From assembly GCA_000320545.1 (NCBI GenBank), contig ADNK01002290.1:124001-188000 (forward strand): DNA of 64,000 nucleotides, given 5' to 3'. This document shows positions 19,077-32,005 of the stretch, one piece after another. Source of the DNA: Bigelowiella natans CCMP2755 (lineage: Eukaryota; Protista; Cercozoa). Positions within the stretch are counted from its first letter, which is position 1. Each line of letters begins with the position of its first letter. The notes under the pieces are model-generated. The model did no database searches, was not told where the DNA came from, and saw only the letters and a list, made by a program, of their open reading frames with translations. The position numbers and the translations under genes were made by a program.

Positions 19077-20841
19077 TCACAGCGCGTCTCTAGCACACTG
19101 CCGCACAGAAACTTCAGTGGATGCCGGTCCAGGATCACACGGTTTTTCATCGTCATCAATTTCTTTAAGCCATTCTGGACGAAGAGCGAAGTCTTCTTCA
19201 ATTCGCTGGTGCCTAAAAAACAACTTTTTGTCTCCATATTGGCTAGTTTGACATTTACTTGCGGTCTCAACTACACCAACATGTTCCAACTCTGCTTTCG
19301 GCGATGCCTTAGCATGCAGTGTGTAGATTAGTGACCGTTCCGGTATTTTAGAATATTCTTTCATCAGTTCATCAACTGTAACAGGTATGTTTGGGGGGAA
19401 ATGTATATTTCCAGGTTCAAGGTGAATAATCCAGGGGAAAATAGGTTCAGCAGCTTTCGTTCCATTTTGGCTCCACGTGCAAAGATCTGAGTGTCCAAGC
19501 TTATTGATGCAATTTGTTGCTTGATTAAACTTCTGCCCCCCAACCCATTGTTTGAAGTTCTCCACTTGATTTACATGAGTACTCTGGTTAATGAAATGAT
19601 CCCATCCCAATCCTTTGCTCGAGACCTTATGAAGAGTGAGCAGGTTTGCCGAGTGAACACCCTGAAAAGGTAATAGAAGACAAACTTGAAAATAATAAAA
19701 TGATACTATAGGGATTCTAACCATTTTATTGTCATATACCGTTCTCATGAATTTGAAAGAATTTCCGGGCACTATGCCATCAGGTTTCATCTTTATTGCG
19801 CTTCCCATTCTAATAAAGCCCTCTGAAATTTCTCCAGCGGCTAAAATTCCAGTGTATGGACTATTTGCAGAAATTCGCAGTCTTACACGGCAAACAGATC
19901 CCACACCGTGAAGAACTTTTTTCCTTCCATGCGGAAGATGATCCCATTGATTGTCAAAAGATGTTTGGACTGATTCTACCAGAAGATACTCTGGTTTCGG
20001 AAAATCTCCACGAGTGTCATTCTCAGTAAGTTTCTTCCACAGTGAACGACTTTTTGTTTGCCAAGTTTGCTTCTCGTAATTTTCATTTGAGAGATAGTGA
20101 CAGTAATCGTAGGTTTGGAATGGGGGTATCATAGTAGAGATCCCACAGCCATTTTCTGTGTAGCACCTACGAGTAAACATTCACATGAACATGAACTATC
20201 GTAATCTTTAGAATATTAATATACCAATCGCATCGAAATAAAACGCCGTCTAAGATACAAAACAAATAATATGATGAGAACGAAACCTGAGAATTGAAGA
20301 AGTTTGTGCTGCAATCTACATTCATTCAAATCTACTTAATGAAATTTACCGTGTGCTCCGCAATTGCTCTTGCATTTGCATCCTTTTAAAGTTGTCGGTT
20401 CTGTGTATTGTCTAGTACAGAAATATATCATGAGATAACAAAATAGTGAAATGAATTGCGTTAGATGAATTCATTTTTTTTTTAGTTCTGAATACATACT
20501 CTATGTATTGAGGGCATGATCCTGATACATCTGCATCTTCGAGATGGCATTCATCCATAAAACCATCGTTATTTAAATCTTTTGACGCTGTTTGATCAAT
20601 CTGCTCAAGAGCGAAGGCACCGCTACACACATGCCCAATCGAACATGAACTCACTGTTACCGTGGTTAAACATGTTCATGATGAAAAAGTATTGTTTTTT
20701 AACACACTTCAAGTTTTACAACATGATATCTAAAGAGTTGCTAATAATTTATGTTTTTCCATACCCATACTTGGCAACCACTGCAACCACTATGAGGAGG
20801 GCAACCATAAATGAGGTGTTGCTGATTGTAAAAGTTTTCAT
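19077..20841 (-). CDS. Secreted catalase-like (catalase-fold heme protein) family member
   Basis: RKKVLHGVG (distal His context), GFIRMGSA, PGNSFKFMR and SANL resemble the catalase-superfamily core. A signal-peptide-like exon starts at ATG 20841 (MKTFTISNTSFMVALLIVVAVVAK), followed by a Cys-rich N-terminal region. Confidence 0.55.
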
Positions 20842-21700
20842 TTTGGCCAGTGATCACTTGTCCGAGTCACTCCAAATGATCCGAACTTCTCGTAAATCTA
20901 AAATTTGAATGAAGTTGAAGATCAAATGCATCCTCTCTCAGCCCAAAGTCCCACGGTAAAACTCATGTTGTGTAGCATGACACGGGAGGGGAGTCAACTA
21001 GGTCGGAAGCATCATCAAGCAAAAGGTCACACTTCAAATCAGAATTGGCCAAAAAATGATGTCGCAGTCGCAAAAACCACAGGTTTTGGTCCAGAATTAC
21101 CATTTGAAACTGGCGCCTCTCTTCCATCATTTGCTTTTTTTATTCTCGGAAATCATTCATTTCAAAGACAAGGGCATGGATATGTGAAGTTGCGACTTAC
21201 ATAAAATAAGCAATTCGGTTAATTTCCGACTAGAACAAGCTTACATGGGCAGAATGTTAGCACTGAAAATGTTAGTACCTGCGTGAGGGCGTAATAAAAA
21301 ATTCTTGGTCGCTGCATCATAACTGTTGCGTAGGGGGGGGGTTTCGGATTCAGTACGTTTCGGATTCAGTACAGAGTGAAACGAAGTTGTAATTTTACCA
21401 AGGACGAAAATTGATAAATACAGAATACATAAATCATGGCTCTTTTTTTGCAAGAATTAAATGCTCAATCAGCAAGGAAATCACACAGATTTCATCACAA
21501 CATTTCATCAATGTATTCTTTGTTACAATTAGATTTCATAATATGAATTGTCGAATTAAATATGTACCATGCAAGGGTACGCATCTACTTCACATTTTCA
21601 CATATGTGCGAGTGTTCTGGGAACGTGATTCGCTGGCTAGTAATACCATGATGGTAATTTGATGGCCATCATTTCATTTTTGCAGCCGCAAATACATAAC

Positions 21701-24101
21701 ATGAATACTTCGGTCACGGTGTCCGAAGAGCCTCCCGATACCGAAGGTACAGGTAAGAGTGCCTTTGTTTGGATTCGTGGGAGAATATTGATCTCTTATT
21801 ATTTCAATAGGAAAAACTAATCGATCATCTGGAGATGCTTCTACGAACACGGAAAGAAAATCGATCTCTTCACCAGCAACACTCGGCAAAAACGAGGCGG
21901 CGGCACTCCTTGTATATTGACTTTATTACTTACATCAAGCTAGAATCACATCCAACTAATTCCTACCAGGCACAGATTGGTCGGCCACAGGTGACAAATC
22001 CTGTTCTACAGAAAGATATTCAGAAAACCGTACAAAAGCCCAAAGTGATAGTTGGCGTTCGTCCGGAACTCAAGAAAGCCTTGGAATTAATGAGAAACCT
22101 GAAGTTTCATGTACAATTTTCAACAAAATTCAAATAAAAGAGGATTAAATATTATCGTGTTTCAGGAGGCAATTCTAAGTCTAAGGTCATACATTATTCC
22201 TTTGTGTGGAGATGAAAGTGGAGGTTCAAAATCTATAAGCAAAGGCAACGAAGCAGAAAGAGCAGCACAGGCCCTCGAAAGTTTATCCAAGATTCCTTCG
22301 AATCTGGCCAGCGAAAAACATTTGCTCCTTGCAATTTGCTATCTAATGGTAATTTTCTTCATGTCACAAATTGAAAAATGTTGTTGCAACACGATAGATT
22401 GACACAAATTACCTATGTACTGGTGAACTATCCTTATTTTTGACAGAGGGATCAACATCAAAATGCATTCACCTGTTTCAAGAAGGTCGGGACAGAGCAA
22501 TTAGAGACAGAGCAATTAGATAGTGATATCCTTAATTTATAAAATTTAATCTCAGTGCCATGGTGCAATGAATGTAAACAAGAACGAGAAGGCATTATTT
22601 TGGTACTCACTAGGCCTGCTTTACTTCGGTGATTTCAAAATTAATTCCAGAAATTGGCACATGGTGTGATAATAAGAGACCATAAAACTAATTAACAGAA
22701 AATAATTCTCATGCAAGCGCGGAAGCTGCATTTCGGGCGTGTGAGGATACTAAGTGCAAATTTCTCAATCAGTCAGAGCTCAAATTTAGAATTGCTATGA
22801 GTTGCAAGCACCTAAAAAAATTCCCAGCAGCCAAAAAAATTCTTGACGGATTGGTGAAAAATCCACCTTTGCCTTTGGCCTCTGAAGACATTTTATTTCA
22901 TATTGGTCACATTCAACAGCTTTCTGGTCTATGTCAGCAGGCTCTGCAGATTTATAACAGGATTCTTAAAACTAATCCCAAGCACGCGACGACACTTCGA
23001 CAAATGGCGTGGGTAAAGGATATTTTGAATGATGAGTTGAGTAATGATTTATAGTATGTATTTTTACAGTTTCTCATTTCAGAAAACAAACAAGAAACTC
23101 TGACAGAGGAGGATTATCGTTCTGTGTTAAAATATCTGGACAAAGCGCTGGATTGTTGCCCCAATGATCCACGCACCTTCTACGTATATTGTCGCTCTCA
23201 TCTGGCAATGAAGAGTTATAACAAAACCTACACTGCAATTAAGAAAGCCCTTACTTTAGACCCTATGAATCCGACTTATTGGTTTTTTTTTGGGGTGGCG
23301 TGCTTTGAGAGGAACCTATATATGAAGGCCCTAAATGCATACCTAAGGGTAGTGCATCTGATGCCATCGTTTCCTAACATATGGGTCAATGTTGCAAAGC
23401 TCTATCAGTTGTATAATCAAACAGAAGATGCCCTTCTAGCTTATCAACAAGCTCAGAAGTTTAGTGATAATCCGCAAATTACAAACCAAATATCATGGGT
23501 AGTATTTTCTATGATAAACAGATGTGTTATTTCTGAAACATATAATCATAACAGCTCAGGAAACAACTTGAAATAATGAAGCAAAGTAGGAAGAAGGACC
23601 CAAATATTGTTGGCGGGAGGGTTCCTTCACTAAAACCGATGAGCACTGTTTCATCAGAGATAAACCCGCGTTCCTTTAATAATAAAAATTCTCGAACTTG
23701 GATACAACAAGATCGGGGGGCTAAGCGCAAAGGACTATCCCGAAGTGGGAGACCGTCTAATGCTCGTCAAGGCAAGAACTAATTCACGTAGTTTATTTGT
23801 ATTGCTAATGCTGATATGCTGATTGGAATTTGTAGGAAATAATACTAAGAGAAGTGTCTCTGACCATCGACAGAATAATAGAACGGTGATGACGGTGAAA
23901 ATTTCGATGTTTAAAACATTACAGAAACAAATACATTGTGGATGAATTTTTTTGGTGCAGATCACGGAAAATGCTGCATCCTTCCCATTGGGGAGAGTCT
24001 ACGGCGGCACTGGTTATAAAGAGATGCATTTATTTCCACCGCGCCAAAATTTAATATCGGAAGCTAATTCTAAGAGAAAGCTTGATGAAAAGCCCATCTG
24101 A
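21701..24101 (+). CDS. TPR protein resembling the Cyc8/Ssn6 (TrfA) corepressor, multi-exon
   Basis: FWYSLGLLYF, ELKFRIAMSCKH...KNPPLPLASEDILFHIGHI...ILKTNPKHATTLRQMAW and DPRTFYVYCRSHLAM...DPMNPTYWFFFG...IWVNVAKLY follow the order of Cyc8-type TPRs. Short GT-AG introns. Confidence 0.75.
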
Positions 24102-25430
24102 GTTGCATACTAACTTTCTTGGATCAAATTAGCTAGTGAGGTTTGCTGCAAAATGCTTTTTTCACATGCATGCAAGCTCCAATTATTTTGAAGATGCGAA
24201 ATTGCGATGTTACACGATTCCGCTGGGCAGCGAATGCGATTGCATGCTTGCAATCCTAGAATCTATGTGAATCTAGAAATGGCGATGACTCAATTTCGAT
24301 GCCATGTGTGCTTATAGACGGATGTGATGAATGCTGTGTTGAATTTTTTAATTGTCATATTTGGCGGCGCTAGTGTGCATGGACTTAACTAGTTAAGTCT
24401 GCACATGCACACACAGACGTGCTGTAGTGTGCAAGACGGATGCAATGAATTGAATCAAATTTGTTCAATGGTCATCCTCATGTAGCTGTGCAATGCAACG
24501 GCTACAGCGCTAATGTTGAATCTGTTGGTCTCCGCTACCTAGCCATGATGTGTTTCATGCAACACGTGCTAGCGTGTGTGCACGCGTAAAACCACATGTG
24601 CCGCGCTAGCGCGGCTGTCTAGCTGTGGTGGCTACCAGGCCGCCTACAATACGTGCTAGCCATCACAGACACAGCAATGCACTATGTACATAGACACAGC
24701 AACACACTACACATATCATGTACATTGTGTATTGCATGTCCATCATAGCTGTCGTGCAAATGAAGCCATGGAGGCATGGCTCGCATCGCACGCATCGCAT
24801 CCTACCATTTGGGCATGCGTGAGCATGCTAGCTTGGCACTGGCGGCACTGCAGAACAGCAACAATTCTAGAATTAGAGCTGATGACAGAGAAGACAGAGA
24901 TCAAGAACAATGGATGGAAGGTGTAGCATCATGCAAGTGGATGGAACATTGACTAAGAAGTGACAAACTTGCAAGGAGAGCCAGGATCGAGGCTGAACAC
25001 ATGCGCACGTGCACGCGCAGCAGCGTGCGACAACGCGCGGCGCTGATGAGCAAGCGCAAACTAGACAATTAATGCAAGAAAGGTCTGGTTGCAAGCTTAA
25101 CATCACGTCATTTTGACTCTCCACGACGAGTGTTTTGAGGTGCACGTTTCTGATGTGGGCATTTCTGCAATGTGTTGACTATCAAATTCACATTTTATAT
25201 CCTCGGTAGCGTCAACAAAGTTGACATGTGTACTGTGTGCAATCTCAAGTGCTCTCCGATCATGCTAGTAAGCTTGTAGCACGATTAAAAGATCCAAGAC
25301 TCTTTCTAAACACGTTGCTATAGACAGAGTGTTCTCCAACTAATTTTAAAACGAAGGTTTGATGTCATTAGCATATAAAATCTTGCTTTGAGGTATCATC
25401 GTCACTGCTGCTATTCGACTGCTGTTGCTT
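24102..25430. terminator. Convergent interval with GCTAGC/CATG-rich tract
   Basis: gcgctagcgc, cacgtgctagc, gcatgctagc; between the TPR and GTPase stops. Confidence 0.45.
24433..24497 (+). repeat. Dispersed ~65-bp repeat, copy 2 (convergent interval)
   Basis: Matches 3128-3192; a further partial copy (AGACGGATGTGATGAAT) begins at ~24316. Confidence 0.8.
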
Positions 25431-26528
25431 TCACTGCCCTTTAGCATCGGGCCTCGATGCCTCATATAATTCTGAGTTGTTATTTTCATTTATCAACTTA
25501 TTGTCGTCAATTTCCCCGTTTCTTCTCCTAACCATAGCCCTTAACAACTCGTCGAACATCTCATTTATTTGCACGTTGGATGCAACGGATCCAGTAAATC
25601 CAGAGTTCAGCTTTAGTAGCCTCACAGTCGCATCAACTTCAAATTCAACCCTTTTTCTATCCTCAGCTTCAAGTAGATCCATTTTATTTGCGAATATTAC
25701 GACGGGAAGATTTCGTACAAAGTCAAAAACTTCCGCGCCAGCCATGCTTTTGTCATTCGCCCCCCCCTTTTCCTCGAGAATTCCAGGGGTTTGACTCAAA
25801 CCATCTTTTGAGCTAGCTTTCAGTACTTCTCCATCCCCATCTCCTTCCACTTGGGGCTCGTTTTTGTCCCCATCGCCATCTTCGTTTTGACCTTTTGAAT
25901 CTTGAGGTTCTTTATTTTTCTTATCTTTCCCATCCCTTCCTTCGGTTTCTAGATTCGCATCTGGCGACGTATCCGATGACAATACTTCAGCTTGTTTTTC
26001 TCGATTGCTTTTCGACACCATTCTTTTCATCTTATGTCGTAGCGCTACTATTGATCCTTCTTTCGAACCATCGACCATTATGACTGCCCCATCAGCATTT
26101 TTAGCGAATTCCTTTTGATACTGAACGATGGAGTCTGCTGGAATATCCCTACATTGTAAAAATTAATAAGTATCTATATCATTATCGAAATACTTGCTCT
26201 TTTATTTCAATTGCTTTAAGTGCTACCACAGTTCGATGGAATAGTGCTTCTCAAATCTGAGAAATTTGACTCCGACTGCTGGTTCCGCACCCTTTACACC
26301 AGAAAGTACGCTAGAGTGGTCGTATGTTCCTCTGATATATCTCGTAAGAAGGCATGTTTTCCCACATGCGGCTTCGCCAAGAACAAGAACCTTTATTCGA
26401 ATTACAACAATTTAGTACATTTGCGGCTATTTCCCCCCGAATACATTGCTAGCATCTAAAACCTTGAATCGTTGCTTATCACGGATCATTGTCGAATCTG
26501 CGATGACATTGGATGCCTGGCACCCCAT
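25431..26528 (-). CDS. Rab/Ras-superfamily small GTPase with N-terminal MGC motif
   Basis: Spliced product MGCQASNVIADSTMIRDKQRFK-VLVLGEAACGKTCLLTRYIRG...YSIELW-DIPAD...NADGAVIMVD...LPVVIFANKMDL. G1 and G4 motifs are intact; G3 and G5 are divergent. Confidence 0.85.
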
Positions 26529-27319
26529 GGAACAGACGATTTTCGCCGCTCGTTCGCAGACACCAGAAGCAAATACGAAGCAGCAAATGGAGGTTGGTAA
26601 GGTTCACGATCACGTGCAAGTCTCCGTAACACTTACTACAGGTCTTTTAGATGAGTTGTTTGGTCCTTTTACTATCGGAAGAATATCATATATTTTAAAG
26701 TTTGCCATATGATACAGCAATTTAATTCTAATCATTTTCGTATACTGGTCTGGAGGTGGTTTTAGACATCTATTTGAGCAGGATATATTCAAAAGAGGAA
26801 TTGCTTACTCTCCACTACATCTATGAGAGCACAATTACTACCAAGTCTTACGCAGACTTGTCGTAGTTCCAATATGCCATCTGTTTTTTTATTTTCGGAA
26901 CTGTTTCTACCAATATTTCTATGAAACGCAAAGCTTCGAGCAGTCTGATGAAACGCCTGTTAAGACTCAAATTGTTGCTGGTTCTACCCGATCTTGTTGT
27001 CGCACTGAATAAATACCCTGTAGATTAATCATTTGGAGCTCAACTCAAGTTGTGATAGAACTCCCACCCCCCTGAACTTCTGTATTGATTACTTTCCGAT
27101 CATTTTAAAAGTAATTTACCCAGTAATTCAATTTTCAGAACGTAATTATTTATGTTAAATTAAGCAAGACTACTTTGTTCTCATATCGTATGCTACATCT
27201 TTGTATGGATTGGCGTTGACGATTCCCCGCTGATGCGTGTGGAGGTTGCCGCTCGAAGATTAACGGATAACGTTGATTTCATGTGCAGGGGCAGGAGTTT
27301 GATATAGGAAATAGCTACA

Positions 27320-28245
27320 ATGCCGTCTAAAAAGAGTAAGGTAGCCTTAATCTTTCTGATGAAGAGAGCAATCGAATCCTAAATAAATTGGTTAAAAGAT
27401 AGATCGTGCGCATAGAATATGTGAAATTTTCCAAAGTCTGTTGATTCTGACATAGTAAACGTTGTTCTTATAATCTCAGCAAGAAGATGTTAGACCTCAT
27501 TGGTTCGCATCCCCTGCTTTCAGTGAACTCTCCATCAACATCTTACAGAAGAAAATGGGCACGGACGTAAAACCTTTTATGTAAATGACTTTGATTTATT
27601 ATGTTAAATTGCAATTGTACATTTCCAGATGGTCGACGATGTAATGTACGAGATTAAGGCCGCATTTGAAGAAACAAAAGTCCTAAGCATTTGAATTGAG
27701 TATTTGATGTTACAATCCATATTCACAAACAAATTCCGTAGGTTGAAAAGGATGTAGCGACGAGACTCAAATCGTTCTTCGAGAGAAAACTTGAAGGATC
27801 TTCATGGTCCACCAATATACTTCATAATAGAGATAAATAAGAAATAACGATTTTTTCCAAAACCAATTAGGCACTGCATCGTCGGAAAACATTTTGGAAT
27901 GTCGATCACCCACGCCACAGATAATTTAATCTATTTTACAATAAAGGTGACTTAAATCCTTCAACCTAATTTGTAAATGAAAATATTATATTTCACCTTA
28001 ACTGCATGGTATTGTGATATCTGGATACTATATATATTATTGAAATTATGCATGGATAGCATGCTCGTAGACATGGATATTCAATAATATGTATTAATAT
28101 TAAAGAAAACCACGATTTACTTTCAACACACTAAAATGTAATTCTTTGTGCATATGCGTTTCACATTTAGGATGCTAATGCCGTTACAAAGCCTCACCAC
28201 GTTGTCTTGTTCCGTTCGCATGATCGCGACGCAGATGAACACTGA
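27320..28245 (+). CDS. Dynein light chain type 1 (LC8/DNAL4-like), multi-exon
   Basis: Exons give MVDDVMYEIKAAFEETK-VEKDVATRLKSFFERKLEGSSW-HCIVGKHFGMSITHATDNLIYFTIK-...VVLFRS, containing the WHCIVG.xFG..(V/I)TH signature. Confidence 0.88.
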
Positions 28246-29263
28246 AAAAATTGTAATCATCACATCGTGAATTAGTCATCGCCTTGGTGGGATGAAGATG
28301 TATATGAAACGTTAACAAGCGGTGCATTAGTTGTTAGCTCTCATTTGTCCATCGTCGGTACTAGCAAACACCACGCTATACATACAATGTATTACATTTG
28401 TGAGTAGTAGGGTTTCGTTGAGTGCGCCACATGCGAAGAGCTCAGTATGCGTAGTTAGTGCATGCTAACAAAATGCACAAACGACCTTGCGCCACGCGCC
28501 AAGCTTGATGAGGAGCGTACGCATCGCAGTCAAGCTACACATAAATGCATGTGTAACAATTAATTAAATGGTCGAATAACTAACGATGAGCGGATAGGCG
28601 TTGCCCACGTACAATAAAGGCCATGCTCATGTCAGCATTGGCGTGATCCTCAGTCTCGCGCAATATGTGTAATCGACATGCTTTGCGCAACCGTAATATC
28701 AGCAGCATAGCTATCGAATGAGCAGAACACTACTCGTTGTGGTGCTAAGCTATCCATCACACAAACATGCTAGTGTACGTAAAACTACGCCATATGTTGC
28801 GCACGAGAAAGATCGCGCACGATGTGGTGAAGGCGACGATCGATACGCATATAAAACGACGTGCATTGATGCGAGTCGCGATACGTAGCCACGCTACGCC
28901 ACAGTCCCATTGCTTGTAAATAAGGCCTGTTGTACACCGGCTACCATCCGATGATCATGCATGCATGATGTAACAATAGACATACGTATATATCATATAT
29001 ATTATATATATTATATATTATATATATTATATATACTGTGTCTATAGTTGTACGCACATCACTGCAATAAGAATAATAGACACAGGAATAATGCATACAC
29101 GCAATCAACTCAACAACGCTGCAGCTAGGAGTTACACACGCAATGTTACATAGCGCAATGTTTATAAATATCGTCGTCGTGCTACGACAGCTCCACGAAC
29201 AAGCGCAAGTTTTTTCCTGCACACGTATAAATTCGCATGACTGGAAGAAACAATGTAACCGTA
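28246..29263. terminator. Convergent interval with purine-pyrimidine-alternating tract
   Basis: tgcatgcta, catgctagtgtacgta, atgcatgcatg; between the dynein LC and GT8 stops. Confidence 0.4.
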
Positions 29264-31031
29264 TTACAAATATCTCCGACATGATGCAAGCTCTTGCATA
29301 GGATTTCGTTCTTCCTTAGGCTGACACCATGGCTCATTAAATGGGCCGAAATCTCCTCTCACTGTTGAATACTTTATAATCAGATCTATGCAAACATCAT
29401 CCCATATCCCGAAAATGAACTCTGAAAACTTCGTACCCAGTGAAGGATATCCTGTTGATTCTTTCTGGTGGTTAAATGTGGATTCACCTGAAATTATAGT
29501 TAAATATGTGACATATATATCTCATGAAAGTTAAGGAAGAAAACAACATAAAGACAGGCATTGGAAGTTTCAAATATTGAAATTTCAAATGCACGGTATT
29601 CACAATTTTCACGTTTTTTTTAGTGTGGCACGCACCATAATAGCCTGTGTAAACAATGATACGGAAAGTTCTATTGTTACTTAGTAATTCAATGGCAGAC
29701 AAGAGTAAAGTAGGTTCCTCCCGGAACTGAAAAACCCGGTAGAGATGGAAGGCATCCCCGGCCTCTGCTGCGAAATCCAGTTCGTTGCGGCTTAGATGAA
29801 GGGCAACGCGTTTATACGAATCTTTCATATTCAGCCAAGGATCATTGATTAAATATCTTGCTTTAGCAAAGCTGGTGGAGTTACTGCTCTCGAGAATCCA
29901 ATCTAAAAGTTTCCCAGCATCATTCTGCATATATGCCTTCACTACAGATGAAACTTCTATGGAATACCACCAATGTAAAGATGATAATCTTCTTCCGAAA
30001 TTTTTCTTAAGTACAATTTGGTCTATCGATAAAAAATCTGAATCATCATCTAATATTCTCCCCACATTGTCGTATTCTGATGCAATCTGCATAATTCTTT
30101 CAAACTCAATCTTGGAAGGTTCAAAGACCAACATACCTCTTGATGTAAGTACTTGACTTGATTCGGCAGTGGTAGTCGATGATATGAATAGGTCATCAAT
30201 ATTATTCATAACAATGCTGTCGCTTCTCATCCAAACTACGCGTTTGCACATTTCTAACTTCCAGGAGGTGACTCGGAACAGATCCATGTCGGAAGGTCGT
30301 ATGGACTCCGACTTATTTCGGAACGAAAGCTCAGGCATTTCGATAAACCAGTCCCATATTCCAGCTCTTCGAATCTTGCCAATGAGTGAAAGGTCTGCGT
30401 GAGTGTTGTATATGAGTACCATCTTAGCCGGTGGGTCCATTTTCGAATGAAGCTTAAAACTATGGCCAAGAACAAGAGCACCCAGGCCGAAGCTTCTCGC
30501 CATATCCGATCCCATTACCGTCGAAACAAAACAGTTTGCCTTTTGAAATCCTGGTAACCCATATTGCAATTCCACCCTTTTAGAGGAGAGGTCAGAGATG
30601 GGACTATAATTGAAAACTTTACGAGCCTTGTTGTCCAGGAGAGTGTGCGTATAATGGAGAGAAGTACAGATACTCATAAGTGCAGCTATGAGTGCCGCCC
30701 GGTATAACCATGCAGGGAGTCTGAATCCCTTATCCCCTAAAAAACTTTTAACTGAACATATGCGTCGATAAAGATTCTCGTTTTGCGACGATGACTTTCT
30801 TGGTCCAATTCGTGAATTTGAACCAGACTTTTGTTTCGGTTTTGATAGCATTCTCAATGTAGAGCCCGAAGATGTTGGTGATACATGGAAGGATTTGTCT
30901 CCACTAGATGGCAAATCATTTTTACCATTTTGATTTGAAGGTATTGAAGAAGAGGAGGAGCATGATGATGATGACGCAGTTGAGTCTTCTATTTTAGGGT
31001 GAAGATGCCGCGAATGCTGATCAGACGTCAT
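29264..31031 (-). CDS. Type II membrane glycosyltransferase family 8 (glycogenin-like) protein, divergent
   Basis: Single TM (AALIAALMSICTSL), then GALVLGHSFK, SWKLEMCKRVVWMRSDSIVMNNIDDLF and GMLVFEPS, matching the GT8 layout. The last exon (29264-29487) joins in frame. Confidence 0.7.
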
Positions 31032-32005
31032 TTCAATGCGCACCCTAACACACGAGTGTATTTTGCAGCTCTCGATATTTCCTACTGACACGTGTAATTT
31101 CTGATGAAACATTCAGCTTTAATGAACCTAACCTGACAGACGTGCTCACGAATAAAGAAGTGCTTACGTCTAGAAGGAGATATAACTTAAACGAGCATTT
31201 TCCTTGGCGAGACAGAGCAAAGTTGTTTCCTACTTCTTGCAAATGGTCAGCTCCTTCACAACCTAGATGGGTTGACATTGAGATGTATGAGTGCGGAGTA
31301 TGTTGTGCTACAGGTTACAACCAACAACTTCACAAGAATAGACTCTACATCATCACTCCCTGAGACACCATCATCGTTTCGATTTGCACTAATACACGAA
31401 GATGCGTCGTCGTCGTCGTCGATGTACACGCGCACAGGCTGCACGAGCCGTTGGTGTTTGCCTGGTGTGCTCATACAGTTACCTGTACTTCGCTATTTGG
31501 GCGATGGAACATAGGAGAAATTGCCTAAAACAATCCCATCAACTGTGCTCAACAATCTCTGCTCAAACAATCAACTCATTTTAAAAAAAAGGGAATCGAT
31601 TTTTGCCATACGTCAACACTGTTCTTGACTTTGGATGTGGGTAGTATCACTGTGGACAAAAAGCCCTCCTTTTTATATTTTGGACGTTGTCGCAAGGGAA
31701 GAAAAGGGAGGTGTTTGTTTGATGTCAACGAGCGAGCAACAGAAAGAGAAGCAACAGAAGACGAAGAAATACGACGGCTGTGCTCCTCCTCCTCCTCCTC
31801 CTCCTCCTCCTCCTCCTCCTCCTCCTCCTCCTCGGCATCAACAAGCAACAGAAGACAAAGAAAGACCACGCCTGCCGATCTGCAGGAGCCCCGGTTGGCT
31901 TCTGCTGAGGAGTAGGTCGAACAAATATCAACAACTCTGCGCAATCGTGATGAATTAAAAAGTTCTTTGTAAAGTAGCATCCACCAATTGTTTCGGATTG
32001 CTGGC

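Noticed and set aside
26530-27105. Extra upstream exons of the GTPase with ~30-nt introns
   Set aside because: Several GT-AG pairs exist, but the GTPase frame has a stop shortly upstream of MGC and no convincing peptide results.
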